Below are positions 21,279 through 31,918 of a DNA stretch of 64,000 nucleotides, one piece after another. How positions within the stretch are numbered: the first letter of the stretch is position 1; every line of letters starts with the position of its first letter. The DNA is from Nitrosopumilus sp. Lineage in GTDB: Archaea > Thermoproteota > Nitrososphaeria > Nitrososphaerales > Nitrosopumilaceae. Both the position numbers and the translations under genes were made by a program. The DNA lies in NCBI GenBank assembly GCA_965219345.1, contig OZ244732.1, forward strand, positions 1,184,001-1,248,000, written 5' to 3'. Below the pieces are notes generated by a model, which was not told the DNA's origin, did not search any database, and saw nothing but the letters and a program-made list of their open reading frames with translations.

Positions 21279-22471
21279 TACCAAATTTAGATTCTAAAGT
21301 AGGTATTTCTATTTACAGTACAGAGTTTAGTGGAATTGGAGGGAAAATTAGAGTTGAACCTGAAGATTTCCAAGTAACTGAATTAATTTCTCAAAGAGCA
21401 CAAAACTCCATTAATGATCAAGAAGGTTATGCTGTTTACAAATTAAAAAAGAAAAAGATTGATACTAACCATGCTTTATCTGATGTTTTTAGAAAAAAAG
21501 GAACTCGCTTAAAGGCTCTAGGACTAAAAGATGCATCCGCTATAACAGAACAATTTGTTTGCTCTGGAAATAAAGGAAAAACAATTGAAAATTTTTCAAC
21601 TAACAAATATTCTCTTGAAAAAATCGGCTTTGTAAAAAAACCATTATCAAAAAAAGATATGATATCAAATCATTTTAAAATTAAAATCTCTGATTGTTCT
21701 GATGATTTGTCTTCTTTTAGTGAACATACTAAAATTCTGAACTTTTATGGCTATCAACGCTTTGGTTCCAAGAGACCCGTGACTCATCTTATTGGAAAGG
21801 CAATTCTGCAGAAAGATTTTAAAAAAGCTGTTGAATTGATTTTATCTTTTACATCTCCTTATGACTCGAAGGAAAATACTGAGATTCGTGAAAAACTCTC
21901 TGATAAGGAGAACTATAAAAAATATTTTGACCAGGTTCCATATCAAATGGATATCGAAAGAATTGTTCTAAAAGAAATGATTGAACATGGTGATGCCCTT
22001 CGTGCAATTCGCTCAATTCAGATATCATTGCGTAGATTTTACGTTCAGGCCTACCAGTCTTTTCTCTTTAATCAGTCTTTAAGTACAGCCTTTTCTGATG
22101 GCGAAAACCTGTTTGAAGCACGACCAAGTGATATTTGTTTTGATTTTCATGGAGTGATTGGAAAATATGTGAAAGGAATGGAACAACGATTAGCATTGCC
22201 GTTTGTTGGATACTCTTATTACAAAAAAACAAGATTTGATTATCAAATCTCCAAAATATTGGAACAGGAAGAAATTGCTCCGAAAGACTTTTTCATAAAA
22301 GAGATGCAGGAAGTAAGTAGTGAGGGAGGTTTTAGACAAGCTGCCATATGTTGTTCTGACTATTTATCCAATGATACTATCGTAGAGTTTTCATTATCTC
22401 GAGGTTCTTTTGCAACAATCCTATTAAGAGAAATAATGAAACCAGAAGATCCAATAATTGCAGGTTTTTGA
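21275..22471 (+). CDS. truD: tRNA pseudouridine(13) synthase
   Basis: PEDF.V.E, GLKD..A.T.Q, NFYGYQRFG, F.L.RGSFAT..LRE. Confidence 0.93.
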   Translation: MIPNLDSKVGISIYSTEFSGIGGKIRVEPEDFQVTELISQRAQNSINDQEGYAVYKLKKKKIDTNHALSDVFRKKGTRLKALGLKDASAITEQFVCSGNKGKTIENFSTNKYSLEKIGFVKKPLSKKDMISNHFKIKISDCSDDLSSFSEHTKILNFYGYQRFGSKRPVTHLIGKAILQKDFKKAVELILSFTSPYDSKENTEIREKLSDKENYKKYFDQVPYQMDIERIVLKEMIEHGDALRAIRSIQISLRRFYVQAYQSFLFNQSLSTAFSDGENLFEARPSDICFDFHGVIGKYVKGMEQRLALPFVGYSYYKKTRFDYQISKILEQEEIAPKDFFIKEMQEVSSEGGFRQAAICCSDYLSNDTIVEFSLSRGSFATILLREIMKPEDPIIAGF

Positions 22472-22531
22472 GATCTATTTTACTGAAATAATTCTTTAGA
22501 TGTCTTTAAGTTAGCCTATTTTTTAGAAAAT

Positions 22532-22771
22532 ATGATTGAAATGGATAAAGCTTACATGTTAATTAGTTGTGAAATGGGAGAAGAACAGTTACTATATTCG
22601 CAACTAAAAGAGATTCCTGAAGTCAAAGATTGCACGATAACTTTTGGCAGTTATGATGTTGTTGCTGAATTTGTCACCGACACTCCTTCACAAATGAATG
22701 AAATAATTATATCTAAAATTAGAAAACTCCAAAAAATTAAAAGCACAATTACCCTTCGTGTGATAAACTAA
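22532..22771 (+). CDS. Lrp/AsnC ligand-binding (RAM) domain protein
   Basis: AYMLI.C..G, FG.YDVV, IRKL..I.ST.TL. Confidence 0.85.
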   Translation: MIEMDKAYMLISCEMGEEQLLYSQLKEIPEVKDCTITFGSYDVVAEFVTDTPSQMNEIIISKIRKLQKIKSTITLRVIN

Positions 22772-22977
22772 CTTCTTTTGATTTTATTAATCCCTGTTCC
22801 TACTACAACTATGATTATTCCTAATACTGTAATTTGAACACCATAAGTAACCCAATCTGGATTTGAATACATAAAAGAGGATTCTGGTCCTAATATCGAT
22901 TTTCCTTGAAGATGGAAGATTAGGCCAAAAATCAAGATAATTATGCCTATTATGACTAATGGTTTTGCTCCTTTCAC
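22768..22977 (-). CDS. Small two-TM membrane protein
   Basis: Two hydrophobic helices flanking QG..GP.SSFM. Confidence 0.7.
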   Translation of the reverse strand: MKGAKPLVIIGIIILIFGLIFHLQGKSILGPESSFMYSNPDWVTYGVQITVLGIIIVVVGTGINKIKRS

Positions 22978-23080
22978 GAAGAATCTATTTGATTTCAGGT
23001 AAAAAGGGTAAACAGAATTGATAATTTGACCAAATGATTTTTTGATTTGGTCTTTAATGATTTTCTTAATAAATCAAAAG

Positions 23081-23767
23081 ATGTACAACTGGAATAGTCT
23101 ATCAGAGTCAAATGGTCACAAACATCTGGGTTTGATATTATTTGGTATGGCTGCTTCACTCGCAGTAATTTTATTTCTGATTTTTCACCCTCAAATTGAG
23201 TCTATCAACAAGGAATCTCCTATCTTGATCAATATTATGTTCATTCCTGCTATGGCGGTGGGGTTTCTTTATGGAGTTAGAATTACAGAACGTGCAGTCA
23301 ACCCTTCAGAAATTCGCGGTGGATTAAAAAGATCAATTGTAAAAATCTTCTTGTTCTTGTTTGTAATTGGCGGTATGTTCAGTTCTGTAAACTTTGCAAT
23401 AAATGGAGGCAGTGTAATGCCTGATGTCACAATTTTAGATGATGGACTTTTGATTTGGTTAAATGCATTTATTACAGTAAATGGCGGGGCAACTTTTCTG
23501 ATAATTACTAGCATTGCATTGATGGCAGCAGCTTCCAAAAGAATTGTTGGAATGGACTTTGGATTTTTAAATAGAATGGTAACATTTGTTGGAACATTTG
23601 TATTCTTTACGATGCTTGTTCTAAGTTTTACAAAATCTGATCCAACATCATCAGGTGTTTTCTTGTATACCTTTTATCAAGCAGGAATTGTTGGTGGTGC
23701 ATTTTATGCAATGAATAGACTAACAAAAAATAAAAACATGCTAGAAGACTTTAGTAAAGGATACTAG
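23081..23767 (+). CDS. Multi-pass membrane protein
   Basis: About six hydrophobic segments. Confidence 0.7.
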   Translation: MYNWNSLSESNGHKHLGLILFGMAASLAVILFLIFHPQIESINKESPILINIMFIPAMAVGFLYGVRITERAVNPSEIRGGLKRSIVKIFLFLFVIGGMFSSVNFAINGGSVMPDVTILDDGLLIWLNAFITVNGGATFLIITSIALMAAASKRIVGMDFGFLNRMVTFVGTFVFFTMLVLSFTKSDPTSSGVFLYTFYQAGIVGGAFYAMNRLTKNKNMLEDFSKGY

Positions 23768-23769
23768 TT

Positions 23770-24018
23770 TTAGTCATCTAGATCTATATAAATTCCTGAG
23801 ATATCATTGTTGATTCTATCCCAGTATTTTTCACAACCATCGGATTTGAAATCATTCTCCTTACATTCATTGAAATGAGCTGTATTTCCTCTTTGTATGT
23901 TATCTGCAAAAAGCACATCATTACCAATTGCTAATCCTATAAGAGCAACTGCTACAAGACTAGCGGCAACCACAATCATGGCAAATCCTACTTGTGCATG
24001 ATTGCCATATCCTGTCAT
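23770..24018 (-). CDS. Small membrane-anchored hypothetical protein
   Basis: N-terminal TM helix and a Cys pair. Confidence 0.65.
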   Translation of the reverse strand: MTGYGNHAQVGFAMIVVAASLVAVALIGLAIGNDVLFADNIQRGNTAHFNECKENDFKSDGCEKYWDRINNDISGIYIDLDD

Positions 24019-24139
24019 TTACAAAAAATCCCTAACTCTCGAATTTAATCTTTTCAAGTTTGGATTTTGCGATCAAATTAGTGATACTAGTATAGTTTTT
24101 TGGGAAAAAAAGAAAAGAAAGCACTCAAAACTACCATCA

Positions 24140-24637
24140 TTGAGCATTCAAATCCTCCAGTTTGAGTTTTTAGGACCTGTTCCTCTTGATGAATGGGGAC
24201 CTCCTATGGAAAAAGTGGTATACTTGATCTTTTCTAGAGACAAAGACAAATTCAATATTGTTTATGTTGGTGACTGTGAAAAGACTGATGACAAGTCTTT
24301 TTTTGTTCAACATTCACATTTCAAATGTTGGGTTCAACAATCCAGGTCTGAAAAATCTTTGTACCTTGGAATATTGCCTATGTTTGAATCGAATAGTAGT
24401 GCTAGACAAAATGTACTCAATAAAATAATGACTTACTACAAACCACCTTGTAACTCAAAAAAACCTGAAGTAAAACCTGATTATGTTGTTAGAAAAACCG
24501 AAGAACCAAATTTAGAGCAAGAAAAATTTTCCTGTCCGTGTTGTGGTTCTGAAATGAAATCTGAAAAAATTCTTGAAAGATCTACTCTCTATCGTTGTAC
24601 TGGTTGTGGGATAAGTGATACCAAGCTTAACTCTTGA
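24140..24637 (+). CDS. GIY-YIG-like domain protein with C-terminal Zn ribbon
   Basis: VVYLI...IVYVG...Y.PPCN and CPCC...CTGC; TTG start inferred. Confidence 0.6.
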   Translation: MSIQILQFEFLGPVPLDEWGPPMEKVVYLIFSRDKDKFNIVYVGDCEKTDDKSFFVQHSHFKCWVQQSRSEKSLYLGILPMFESNSSARQNVLNKIMTYYKPPCNSKKPEVKPDYVVRKTEEPNLEQEKFSCPCCGSEMKSEKILERSTLYRCTGCGISDTKLNS

Positions 24638-24860
24638 CTTTGTTTTGTACATCAAACAATTGCAACATTAACAGGTCCATACCTTTTTTCAAATGCTGAA
24701 ATTCATTAATTGAATGCATTTGGCCTTCCACTAGAGATCTCATGATCTTGATTGAATTTTTTTGATAATCATCTGATGCAACAATTTCCATGGCATTAAG
24801 TTTTGATAATATGTTATCCAGATCTTTAATCATTTCATCTGATGGTTTGTGTTTATCCAT
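24627..24860 (-). CDS. Small helical hypothetical protein
   Basis: 77-aa ORF with typical codon usage. Confidence 0.7.
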   Translation of the reverse strand: MDKHKPSDEMIKDLDNILSKLNAMEIVASDDYQKNSIKIMRSLVEGQMHSINEFQHLKKGMDLLMLQLFDVQNKVKS

Positions 24861-24893
24861 AACTTATCTTGAAAGATTTTGATATATGAATCG

Positions 24894-25046
24894 TTACAAC
24901 AGATCTTCATCAATCTTTTGGATTGGATCCAAGAATTGCTGGCATGTGCATGTTGGGATTTGACATTTACCTACCTTAATCATTGAACTGCTATCTTCAT
25001 TTGGAATGTGTACTTCGTCTGTATGATGACATCTCTTACAATTCAT
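24894..25046 (-). CDS. Small Cys/His metal-binding protein (50 aa; below the ORF-track cutoff)
   Basis: MNCKRCHHTDEVH...GKCQIPTCTCQQF...; fills the intergenic gap. Confidence 0.7.
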   Translation of the reverse strand: MNCKRCHHTDEVHIPNEDSSSMIKVGKCQIPTCTCQQFLDPIQKIDEDLL

Positions 25047-25082
25047 ATCAAAAAATCACTTTTCCCAATATTTAAGCCCAAA

Positions 25083-26117
25083 TCAAGGAATCAGAACTGC
25101 TCTTGCCTCAATTTCTGAATCTTTTAATTTTTTGAGTACTTGATTTGCGCTTTCCAATGGAAATGTTTGAGAAATCACTTCGATGTTTTTTTCATCACAT
25201 ATCTTAATTACTTGTTCCATGTCTTTTGTTGTACCTATTAGAGTTCCCCTGATTGTCTTTTCTTCAAATGCCATGAATGCTGGATTTTCTCCAACCGTTG
25301 CAATTACAATCAATCCTCCCTTCTTTACTGATTTAATTGCAGTATCTGTAACAATATCTGCTGGTGCAAAAACTATGGCAGCATCTAGCATTCCATGTTT
25401 TTCTTTTAATTTACCTAGAAACTCTTCTTGATTTTCAGAAAAAGTCATTGTATCTATTGCACCTAATCTTTTTGCAACATCTAGATGATTTTGAGCTCGG
25501 GAAAATGCGATGACATCACAATTTTCTACCTTGGCAAATTGAACTGCCATGTGGCCAACTCCACCAATTCCAAAAATTCCAATTTTTTTATTTGGTTTTG
25601 GTTCTGCAGCTTTGACTGCTTTGTATGCTGTGATTCCAGCACAAAACAATGGTGCAGCATATTCTGGTTTCATACTTTCTGGAACTTTTGTTGCAAAATC
25701 CTCTGCCACTGTAATGTATTCCGTATATCCTCCCTTGAAAGATTCTCCTGTTATTGTCGATGATTCACAAAGATTCTCTTTTCCTTCTTTGCAATATTGA
25801 CAATCTTTACATGACTCAAGAAGTGGAGTAATCCCCGCCCTATCTCCAACTTTGAATTTAGTTACATCATCTCCAAACTGAACTACTTTTCCAACCAGTT
25901 CGTGACCTGGAACTGTTGGGAGAGTTGGTGGAATTCCTATGTCTTTCCAATCTCCTTCAATTCCGTGAAGCTGAGAGTGACAAACCCCACATGCCTCAAT
26001 TTTTAGTAAAATCTCATTTGGCCTTTGAATTTCATGCCTATCTATCTCAGTTAGTTTCAATGGGTTTGTCTCTATTTTAGCACATTCAGAAAGTACCATT
26101 GCACGCATCTTTTCCAT
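25083..26117 (-). CDS. Zinc-dependent alcohol dehydrogenase (MDR family)
   Basis: CGVCH, GHE..G, structural CxxCxxC...C, GIGGVG. Confidence 0.92.
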   Translation of the reverse strand: MEKMRAMVLSECAKIETNPLKLTEIDRHEIQRPNEILLKIEACGVCHSQLHGIEGDWKDIGIPPTLPTVPGHELVGKVVQFGDDVTKFKVGDRAGITPLLESCKDCQYCKEGKENLCESSTITGESFKGGYTEYITVAEDFATKVPESMKPEYAAPLFCAGITAYKAVKAAEPKPNKKIGIFGIGGVGHMAVQFAKVENCDVIAFSRAQNHLDVAKRLGAIDTMTFSENQEEFLGKLKEKHGMLDAAIVFAPADIVTDTAIKSVKKGGLIVIATVGENPAFMAFEEKTIRGTLIGTTKDMEQVIKICDEKNIEVISQTFPLESANQVLKKLKDSEIEARAVLIP

Positions 26118-26190
26118 AATCTCAAAAATTAAGCACGAAATTTTAAGATTCGCACATTAGAAAAATAAAGGACTGATATTGTACCATACC

Positions 26191-26424
26191 ATGACTCAAA
26201 TTTCAAATGAAGATCGTGAAAGAGTTAAACTATTACGACTTGTTTCAGACTCCAAAAATGAATTCAAAAAACTCTCCTTGGAACAATTAAAACGCTTGGA
26301 AGAACTAATTGAAAAAAAAGATTACAGTCATGACAAAAAAGCTCACAAATCAAAAGTGAAATTACTTAAAAAAATTAATGTTAGGATTTACGAAATAACA
26401 GAAGGAAGAAGTATATGGGGATAA
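26191..26424 (+). CDS. Small basic hypothetical protein
   Basis: Lys-rich ORF upstream of the YyaL-family gene. Confidence 0.7.
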   Translation: MTQISNEDRERVKLLRLVSDSKNEFKKLSLEQLKRLEELIEKKDYSHDKKAHKSKVKLLKKINVRIYEITEGRSIWG

Positions 26425-26467
26425 TCAAACCAATTAAGTACAAATATCCTAATGATTTTGATTAACT

Positions 26468-28495
26468 ATGGCAGAAAACAGTCTAATTAATGAATCAAGT
26501 CCATATTTGCTTCAGCATGCACACAACCCTGTTGATTGGTATGCATGGAATAATGAAACACTAAAAAAAGCAAAAGATGAAAACAAGCCAATTTTTCTGA
26601 GTATTGGATATAGCTCATGTCACTGGTGTCATGTAATGGCACACGAATCATTTGAAAATGATGAAGTTGCAAAATTTATGAACGAAAATTTTGTGAACAT
26701 AAAGGTTGATAGAGAAGAGAGACCTGATATTGATGATATTTATCAAAAAGTTTGTCAGATGGCAACTGGTCAAGGTGGTTGGCCATTGAGTATCTTTCTA
26801 ACTCCAGATCAAAAGCCATTCTATGTTGGAACTTATTTTCCTGTATTGGATTCTTATGGACGTAAAGGATTTGGAAGCATTTGCAGACAACTCTCACAAG
26901 CATGGAAAGAAAAACCAAAAGATATTGAAAAATCTGCTGAGAGCTTTCTTGATGCACTACATAAAACCGAAACTCGCACGGTTTCGTCAAAATTAGAACG
27001 AATCATCCTTGATGAGGCTGCCATGAATTTGTTTCAAATAGGCGATTCAAGTTTTGGTGGATTTGGTTCTGCTCCTAAATTCCCTAATGCTGCAAATATT
27101 TCGTTTTTGTTTCGATATGCAAAACTTTCAGGTCTCTCAAAATTCAATGAATTTGCGCTCAAAACTCTCAATAAAATGGCAAAGGGCGGAATCTTTGATC
27201 AAATTGGAGGTGGTTTTCATAGATATTCAACTGATGCAAAGTGGTTGGTTCCTCATTTTGAAAAGATGCTTTATGACAATGCTCTGATTCCTGTAAACTA
27301 TGCAGAAGCCTACCAAATAACAAAAGACCCTTTCTATCTTGATGTATTACAAAAAACACTTGATTTTGTACTACGTGAAATGACTCTGCCAGAGGGTGGA
27401 TTCTATTCTGCATATGATGCAGACTCTGAAGGAATAGAAGGAAAATTCTACGTCTGGAAGAAAAGCGAAATCAAAGAAATTCTTGGCAATGATGCTGATC
27501 TCTTTTGTCTTTATTATGATGTTACTGATGGAGGGAATTGGGAAGGAAACAATATCCTGTGTAATAATCTCGATATCTCTAATGTTGCTTTCAATTTTGG
27601 AATCCCAGAAGAGAAGGTTAGAGAGATTTTAAAATCATGCTCTGAAAAATTATTAAAAGTTCGTTCAATGAGAGTTTCTCCAAGTTTAGATGATAAGATT
27701 TTAGTTTCATGGAATTCATTAATGATTACCGCATTTGCAAAAGGCTATCGTGTAACAAACAATCCAAAGTATCTGAATGCTGCAAAAACCTGTATTGCAT
27801 TTATTGAAAGTAATCTTTTTGCGGATGGAAAACTATTACGAACTTACAAAAATGGAACTGCAAAAATTGATGGATATCTTGAAGACTACTCTTATTTTGT
27901 TAATGCATTATTAGATGTATTTGAAATTGAACCTGAACCAAAATATCTTAAACTAGCTTTGAAACTGGGACATCATTTAGTTAATCACTTTTGGGATTCT
28001 GAGAACAATAGCTTTTTTATGACTTCAGATGATCATGAGAAACTAATCATTCGACCAAAAAGCAATTATGATTTATCTTTGCCCTCAGGAAATTCTGTTT
28101 CTGCTTTTCTAATGCTCAGATTGTATCATCTATCTCAAGAGCAAAATTTCCTTGAGATTGCTACCAAAATTCTGGAATCTCAGGCACAAATGGCAGCTGA
28201 AAATCCCTTTGGATTTGGATATCTACTTAACACCATTTCTATCTACTTGCAAAAACCTGTGGAAGTTACCATTATCAATACAGAAAATTCCGAGCTCTGC
28301 AAATCTCTTCTTACAAACTATTTGCCCAATTCCTTTATGGTTATAATTCAAAATTCCAACCAGTTAGAAAGTCTGTCTGAGTATCCTTTCTTTACTGGAA
28401 AAAGTTTTGAAGCTAAAACTTCAGTTTTTGTTTGTAAAGATTTTTCTTGTTCTTTACCATTACACACAATTGATGAAATAAATTCACATCTTTAG
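26468..28495 (+). CDS. Thioredoxin-domain protein, YyaL/SSP411 (DUF255) family
   Basis: [38 protein letters not shown]. Confidence 0.92.
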   Translation: MAENSLINESSPYLLQHAHNPVDWYAWNNETLKKAKDENKPIFLSIGYSSCHWCHVMAHESFENDEVAKFMNENFVNIKVDREERPDIDDIYQKVCQMATGQGGWPLSIFLTPDQKPFYVGTYFPVLDSYGRKGFGSICRQLSQAWKEKPKDIEKSAESFLDALHKTETRTVSSKLERIILDEAAMNLFQIGDSSFGGFGSAPKFPNAANISFLFRYAKLSGLSKFNEFALKTLNKMAKGGIFDQIGGGFHRYSTDAKWLVPHFEKMLYDNALIPVNYAEAYQITKDPFYLDVLQKTLDFVLREMTLPEGGFYSAYDADSEGIEGKFYVWKKSEIKEILGNDADLFCLYYDVTDGGNWEGNNILCNNLDISNVAFNFGIPEEKVREILKSCSEKLLKVRSMRVSPSLDDKILVSWNSLMITAFAKGYRVTNNPKYLNAAKTCIAFIESNLFADGKLLRTYKNGTAKIDGYLEDYSYFVNALLDVFEIEPEPKYLKLALKLGHHLVNHFWDSENNSFFMTSDDHEKLIIRPKSNYDLSLPSGNSVSAFLMLRLYHLSQEQNFLEIATKILESQAQMAAENPFGFGYLLNTISIYLQKPVEVTIINTENSELCKSLLTNYLPNSFMVIIQNSNQLESLSEYPFFTGKSFEAKTSVFVCKDFSCSLPLHTIDEINSHL

Positions 28496-28812
28496 ATTTT
28501 TTTCAAATCTACTTCAATTGTATTCCCAACTTGGGGCCTTCCAATATTGCTATATCTTGATTTTGGCATTGTTATTACGATTTGTGTTTGTTGATAGGTT
28601 TTGATATTGACATTTGGTTGAGCTTGTAATATTGCTTCTAGCAATGGCATTACCTGTTCTTTAGTTTCTGAATCAAGCTTTTTTGAAACATTTTCAATAA
28701 TCATTTGTTTCTGTGAAACTGGCTCAGTAGAGACATTTTCAATTAATGTTAATTGAACCATTTGAGCATTATCCACTATTTGTGAAATTTTAAATTCATT
28801 TGTTTCTGACAA
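28492..28812 (-). CDS. Hypothetical protein
   Basis: ORF with inferred TTG start; ends GRPQVG.TIEV. Confidence 0.6.
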   Translation of the reverse strand: MSETNEFKISQIVDNAQMVQLTLIENVSTEPVSQKQMIIENVSKKLDSETKEQVMPLLEAILQAQPNVNIKTYQQTQIVITMPKSRYSNIGRPQVGNTIEVDLKKI

Positions 28813-28843
28813 TGTCTTATTTGATTTTCTTGATGATTTATCT

Positions 28844-28936
28844 TTAACGAATAGAGAAATACAGCGCAAACACAGCTATCCCAACAGCTGAGATTACTCC
28901 TAGACCAAAGATGATTTTACTCCCATCTATCTTCAT
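28844..28936 (-). CDS. Putative 30-aa single-TM peptide
   Basis: MKIDGSKIIFGLGVISAVGIAVFALYFSIR. Confidence 0.4.
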   Translation of the reverse strand: MKIDGSKIIFGLGVISAVGIAVFALYFSIR

Positions 28937-28988
28937 AGTTCTTTTTCTTACAAATACCATTAAACTGTAACTAATTTTCTGCCGAATC

Positions 28989-29312
28989 TTAATCGGATTT
29001 GTTTTCTGATTCCTTTTCACCAGCTTGAACTTCAGAGGACCCAAGTATGGATTTTTTGATTTTAGGGGCTTGCTCTTTTATTATTTGATTAAATTCTTGC
29101 ATATCTTCTAAACTTGGTGTCTCTTCTTGGTTTTGACATGCTTGCAAAAATCCAGAATAAACACATCCTGTGATGATTCCAAAAGCCGTGTCTGGAACAG
29201 ATTCTACCTCTGGCACAAAATTTTCTGCAATCTGTCTATATGATTCTGATTCACTAATGTAGTAATCAATCAAACTACCGATGAAATCCTTATTCTCTCT
29301 AGAAATTGCCAT
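28989..29312 (-). CDS. Conserved hypothetical protein
   Basis: 107-aa ORF with DTAFGII.G motif. Confidence 0.7.
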   Translation of the reverse strand: MAISRENKDFIGSLIDYYISESESYRQIAENFVPEVESVPDTAFGIITGCVYSGFLQACQNQEETPSLEDMQEFNQIIKEQAPKIKKSILGSSEVQAGEKESENKSD

Positions 29313-29386
29313 GACTTTTTCTATTTTCCCTAGTTTATTTAATTGTCTTCGATAAATCGTTTATTTATTCATAAATTATTTTCTAG

Positions 29387-29845
29387 ATGTTGTGGAAATT
29401 AGAATTAGATGAAGGTTATTTTCGTATATTTGATTCCAAAAAATTGATTGTAGGATATTTTGATCCTGATTATGGTGAAATTTTTCCAAAGGAAAATTCT
29501 GAAGAAATTATTTTATCCATGTTAAAAAATCATGACAAAATTTTAGGTGGAGTAATTATGATCCCTCTTGTCAAGTTTGGATTATTCGATACTGATTTGG
29601 ATACCAGTATTTCCGAAGTGGAACAAAATGTAAATCGAGTATCTGAACATTTACAAAAATGGAAAAATTTCTTATCTCAAACAGACCGTCATGTTCACTC
29701 TATTAGAATATCTCATACTGATCAAGATATGTTAACAATTACTTTTAAGATGGAATTTTCAAAACCAACACCTCTAGAAAAAACAAAGCTAATTGGGGAA
29801 ATTTTTCCTACCTTAGATTTGTTGCAGAAATCAGGTTTGGTATGA
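29387..29845 (+). CDS. Hypothetical protein
   Basis: 152-aa ORF. Confidence 0.7.
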   Translation: MLWKLELDEGYFRIFDSKKLIVGYFDPDYGEIFPKENSEEIILSMLKNHDKILGGVIMIPLVKFGLFDTDLDTSISEVEQNVNRVSEHLQKWKNFLSQTDRHVHSIRISHTDQDMLTITFKMEFSKPTPLEKTKLIGEIFPTLDLLQKSGLV

Positions 29846-30566
29846 TTCTGCCTGAATACTTAGTGATCCCAATATATGCAGATAATGTCCCTACTAACAA
29901 AACAAATGTTCCAGCAGGAAATTCTGGAACAGCTGCGTACTCTTCTGATTCTGCAATCAGTGTGTAATCATTTATTCCAGCAGTCTGGATTTTGTCAGAT
30001 ATTGCTACAACAAAGAACGCATTATCGTCTACTCTCAGGTAATCTGGTTCTGGGTGAACTCTAGACACTGCTGCAACATTTCCTTCTTTGTCGTAAAGTG
30101 TCGCAATCACTGCCACAGTGTTAGCTGTAATATCACCTTTATTGGTAACAGTGCCGGTTATCACCAAATTATTGTAATTATCTCTAGACAACTCTGATTC
30201 AATAATGTCTATGACCTGATTTTTTGGCGGACTAACCTTGTAATCTAATTCCAATGAGTATGATTTAGTTTTTTTTACTTCATAATCTGTTATAATAAGA
30301 TCAAATGGACTTTTCATTCCTGGCATGATTATGTTTACTAAGGAATTTGTCTCCTTTGTAACAATTAGGTGTCCATTTTCATCAAGTAAAGTTACATGAA
30401 CATTAATTTGGTTTAATGGAACTTCCAAGTTGTTTATAATTTCACCAATAATATGAAGTGCGTCATCATCTCCTATATACTGTTGATCATTTTGGATAAA
30501 CACTTCTCCAAATGCTAGTGGCGTTAATCCGACAAAAATAATTGTAATAATGAAAATTTTTTCCAT
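29808..30566 (-). CDS. FxLYD-domain surface protein with PEF-CTERM-like anchor
   Basis: Signal peptide, two Ig-like repeats (TLLDENG / TLYDKEG), C-terminal VPEFP followed by a TM helix. Confidence 0.75.
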   Translation of the reverse strand: MEKIFIITIIFVGLTPLAFGEVFIQNDQQYIGDDDALHIIGEIINNLEVPLNQINVHVTLLDENGHLIVTKETNSLVNIIMPGMKSPFDLIITDYEVKKTKSYSLELDYKVSPPKNQVIDIIESELSRDNYNNLVITGTVTNKGDITANTVAVIATLYDKEGNVAAVSRVHPEPDYLRVDDNAFFVVAISDKIQTAGINDYTLIAESEEYAAVPEFPAGTFVLLVGTLSAYIGITKYSGRIIPNLISATNLR

Positions 30567-30615
30567 GATTTCCTTGTGTTATATTCTTTAAAGAAGTTTA
30601 TGTCTAAATTTCTAT

Positions 30616-31305
30616 TCAAGGTAGGTGTTCAGTCTTCCATTTTTCTGCTTCATTGATACAATTGAACCAATCAATTTCCATACTATCCGAATCAAATTCC
30701 CCTGATTCGTTTCTAAATTCAGTATTACATTGACTTTTCTTATTTTCTGATACTTGGATGACTTTTTGTGTTAAACCACTTTGTGGGGCATCAAACTTTT
30801 CTCTTTCGTCATAATTTTTTACACCTGTCTTTGCTGAATAAAATTCAACTAATCCTTGCATCTCATATTCTAAAGCTTCTTGAAATTGCGTGTCTGATCT
30901 TATTTTTGCTGATTCATCTCCTGTTTTTATCCATTCAATGAGTTGTGAGTCACTTCCTAACTGAGTTTCAGATGAAATTTTTAACAATTCTACAGAACTC
31001 TTGAACAGTTCTGGCGGAGATAATTCATCATACCTAGAAATTATCTCTTTGAACTTCTTCAAGTGTTTTTCATAGTATTCCAACAATTCTTCTTTTGAAA
31101 TATCCCCTTCATTCCATCTAGTTTTTTCAGAATAGAACTTAATTTGTAACTCTTGAACCTCTTCTTGAATTTGTTCTAATCCAATTCCAAACTGTAGGCC
31201 TTTTTGTTTGGTTTGTTCAACTGAATAACTGTATGCTGCAATTGATCCAATAATTAGAATAGCAACTGAAGCAATTATGATGTTTTGAATTTTCTTTTTT
31301 TTCAA
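30616..31305 (-). CDS. Membrane-anchored helical hypothetical protein
   Basis: N-terminal TM helix and coiled-coil. Confidence 0.7.
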   Translation of the reverse strand: MKKKKIQNIIIASVAILIIGSIAAYSYSVEQTKQKGLQFGIGLEQIQEEVQELQIKFYSEKTRWNEGDISKEELLEYYEKHLKKFKEIISRYDELSPPELFKSSVELLKISSETQLGSDSQLIEWIKTGDESAKIRSDTQFQEALEYEMQGLVEFYSAKTGVKNYDEREKFDAPQSGLTQKVIQVSENKKSQCNTEFRNESGEFDSDSMEIDWFNCINEAEKWKTEHLP

Positions 31306-31592
31306 AGATAATCCATATAATTTCCGTTTTCGTCTAACTTTAGTTCAATTGTAAATTCAGTACCGCTGATAAATGAATCATTGCGAGTTGTTCTCACTCT
31401 TGCTATGACAAGCTCATATGGCCAAATCTCAACTACTATTGCACCTACTTTTGCAGTTGGTGTTTCTGTTAGTACAATGTCTTCACGCTTTACTCCGTGT
31501 TTTTCTAGCATGTGAAGAGTATGGTCTACTAGTGGTTGAGGATTGTTATAATTTAGCACCCAAACTGTTCCTTCATAATCAATTTTTTGCAA
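31302..31592 (-). CDS. Hypothetical protein
   Basis: 96-aa ORF overlapping the next gene. Confidence 0.65.
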   Translation of the reverse strand: MQKIDYEGTVWVLNYNNPQPLVDHTLHMLEKHGVKREDIVLTETPTAKVGAIVVEIWPYELVIARVRTTRNDSFISGTEFTIELKLDENGNYMDYL

Positions 31593-31918
31593 TTTGAAAT
31601 AATCCTAACTAACTCATATAACAATTATTCAATCTACTAATTTCATGCCTGTTTTTTAACATTATAACAAATTTACTAATTAAAAATTATATTAATCTTG
31701 GTTAAAAAAACTATTATTTAACTTTAATTCTTAAGTAGATTCACTGGTTTCTGATTTTTTTTGTAAATACTGTAAATATGTACATCCATCCTTTATACCC
31801 AAATATTCTATCATATTTTTATGTAGTTACATACCCTTTCAAATCTTTTACAATGTTTTTGATTTGTTTTTCAGTCAAAGCATCTTGTCTTCTCATCAGA
31901 AAGAAATTGATTTTATCC

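Noticed and set aside
31600-31918. Very AT-rich stretch as a replication origin
   Set aside because: There is no adjacent cdc6/orc1 gene and no recognisable ORB repeats. It is more simply the degraded left boundary of the island.
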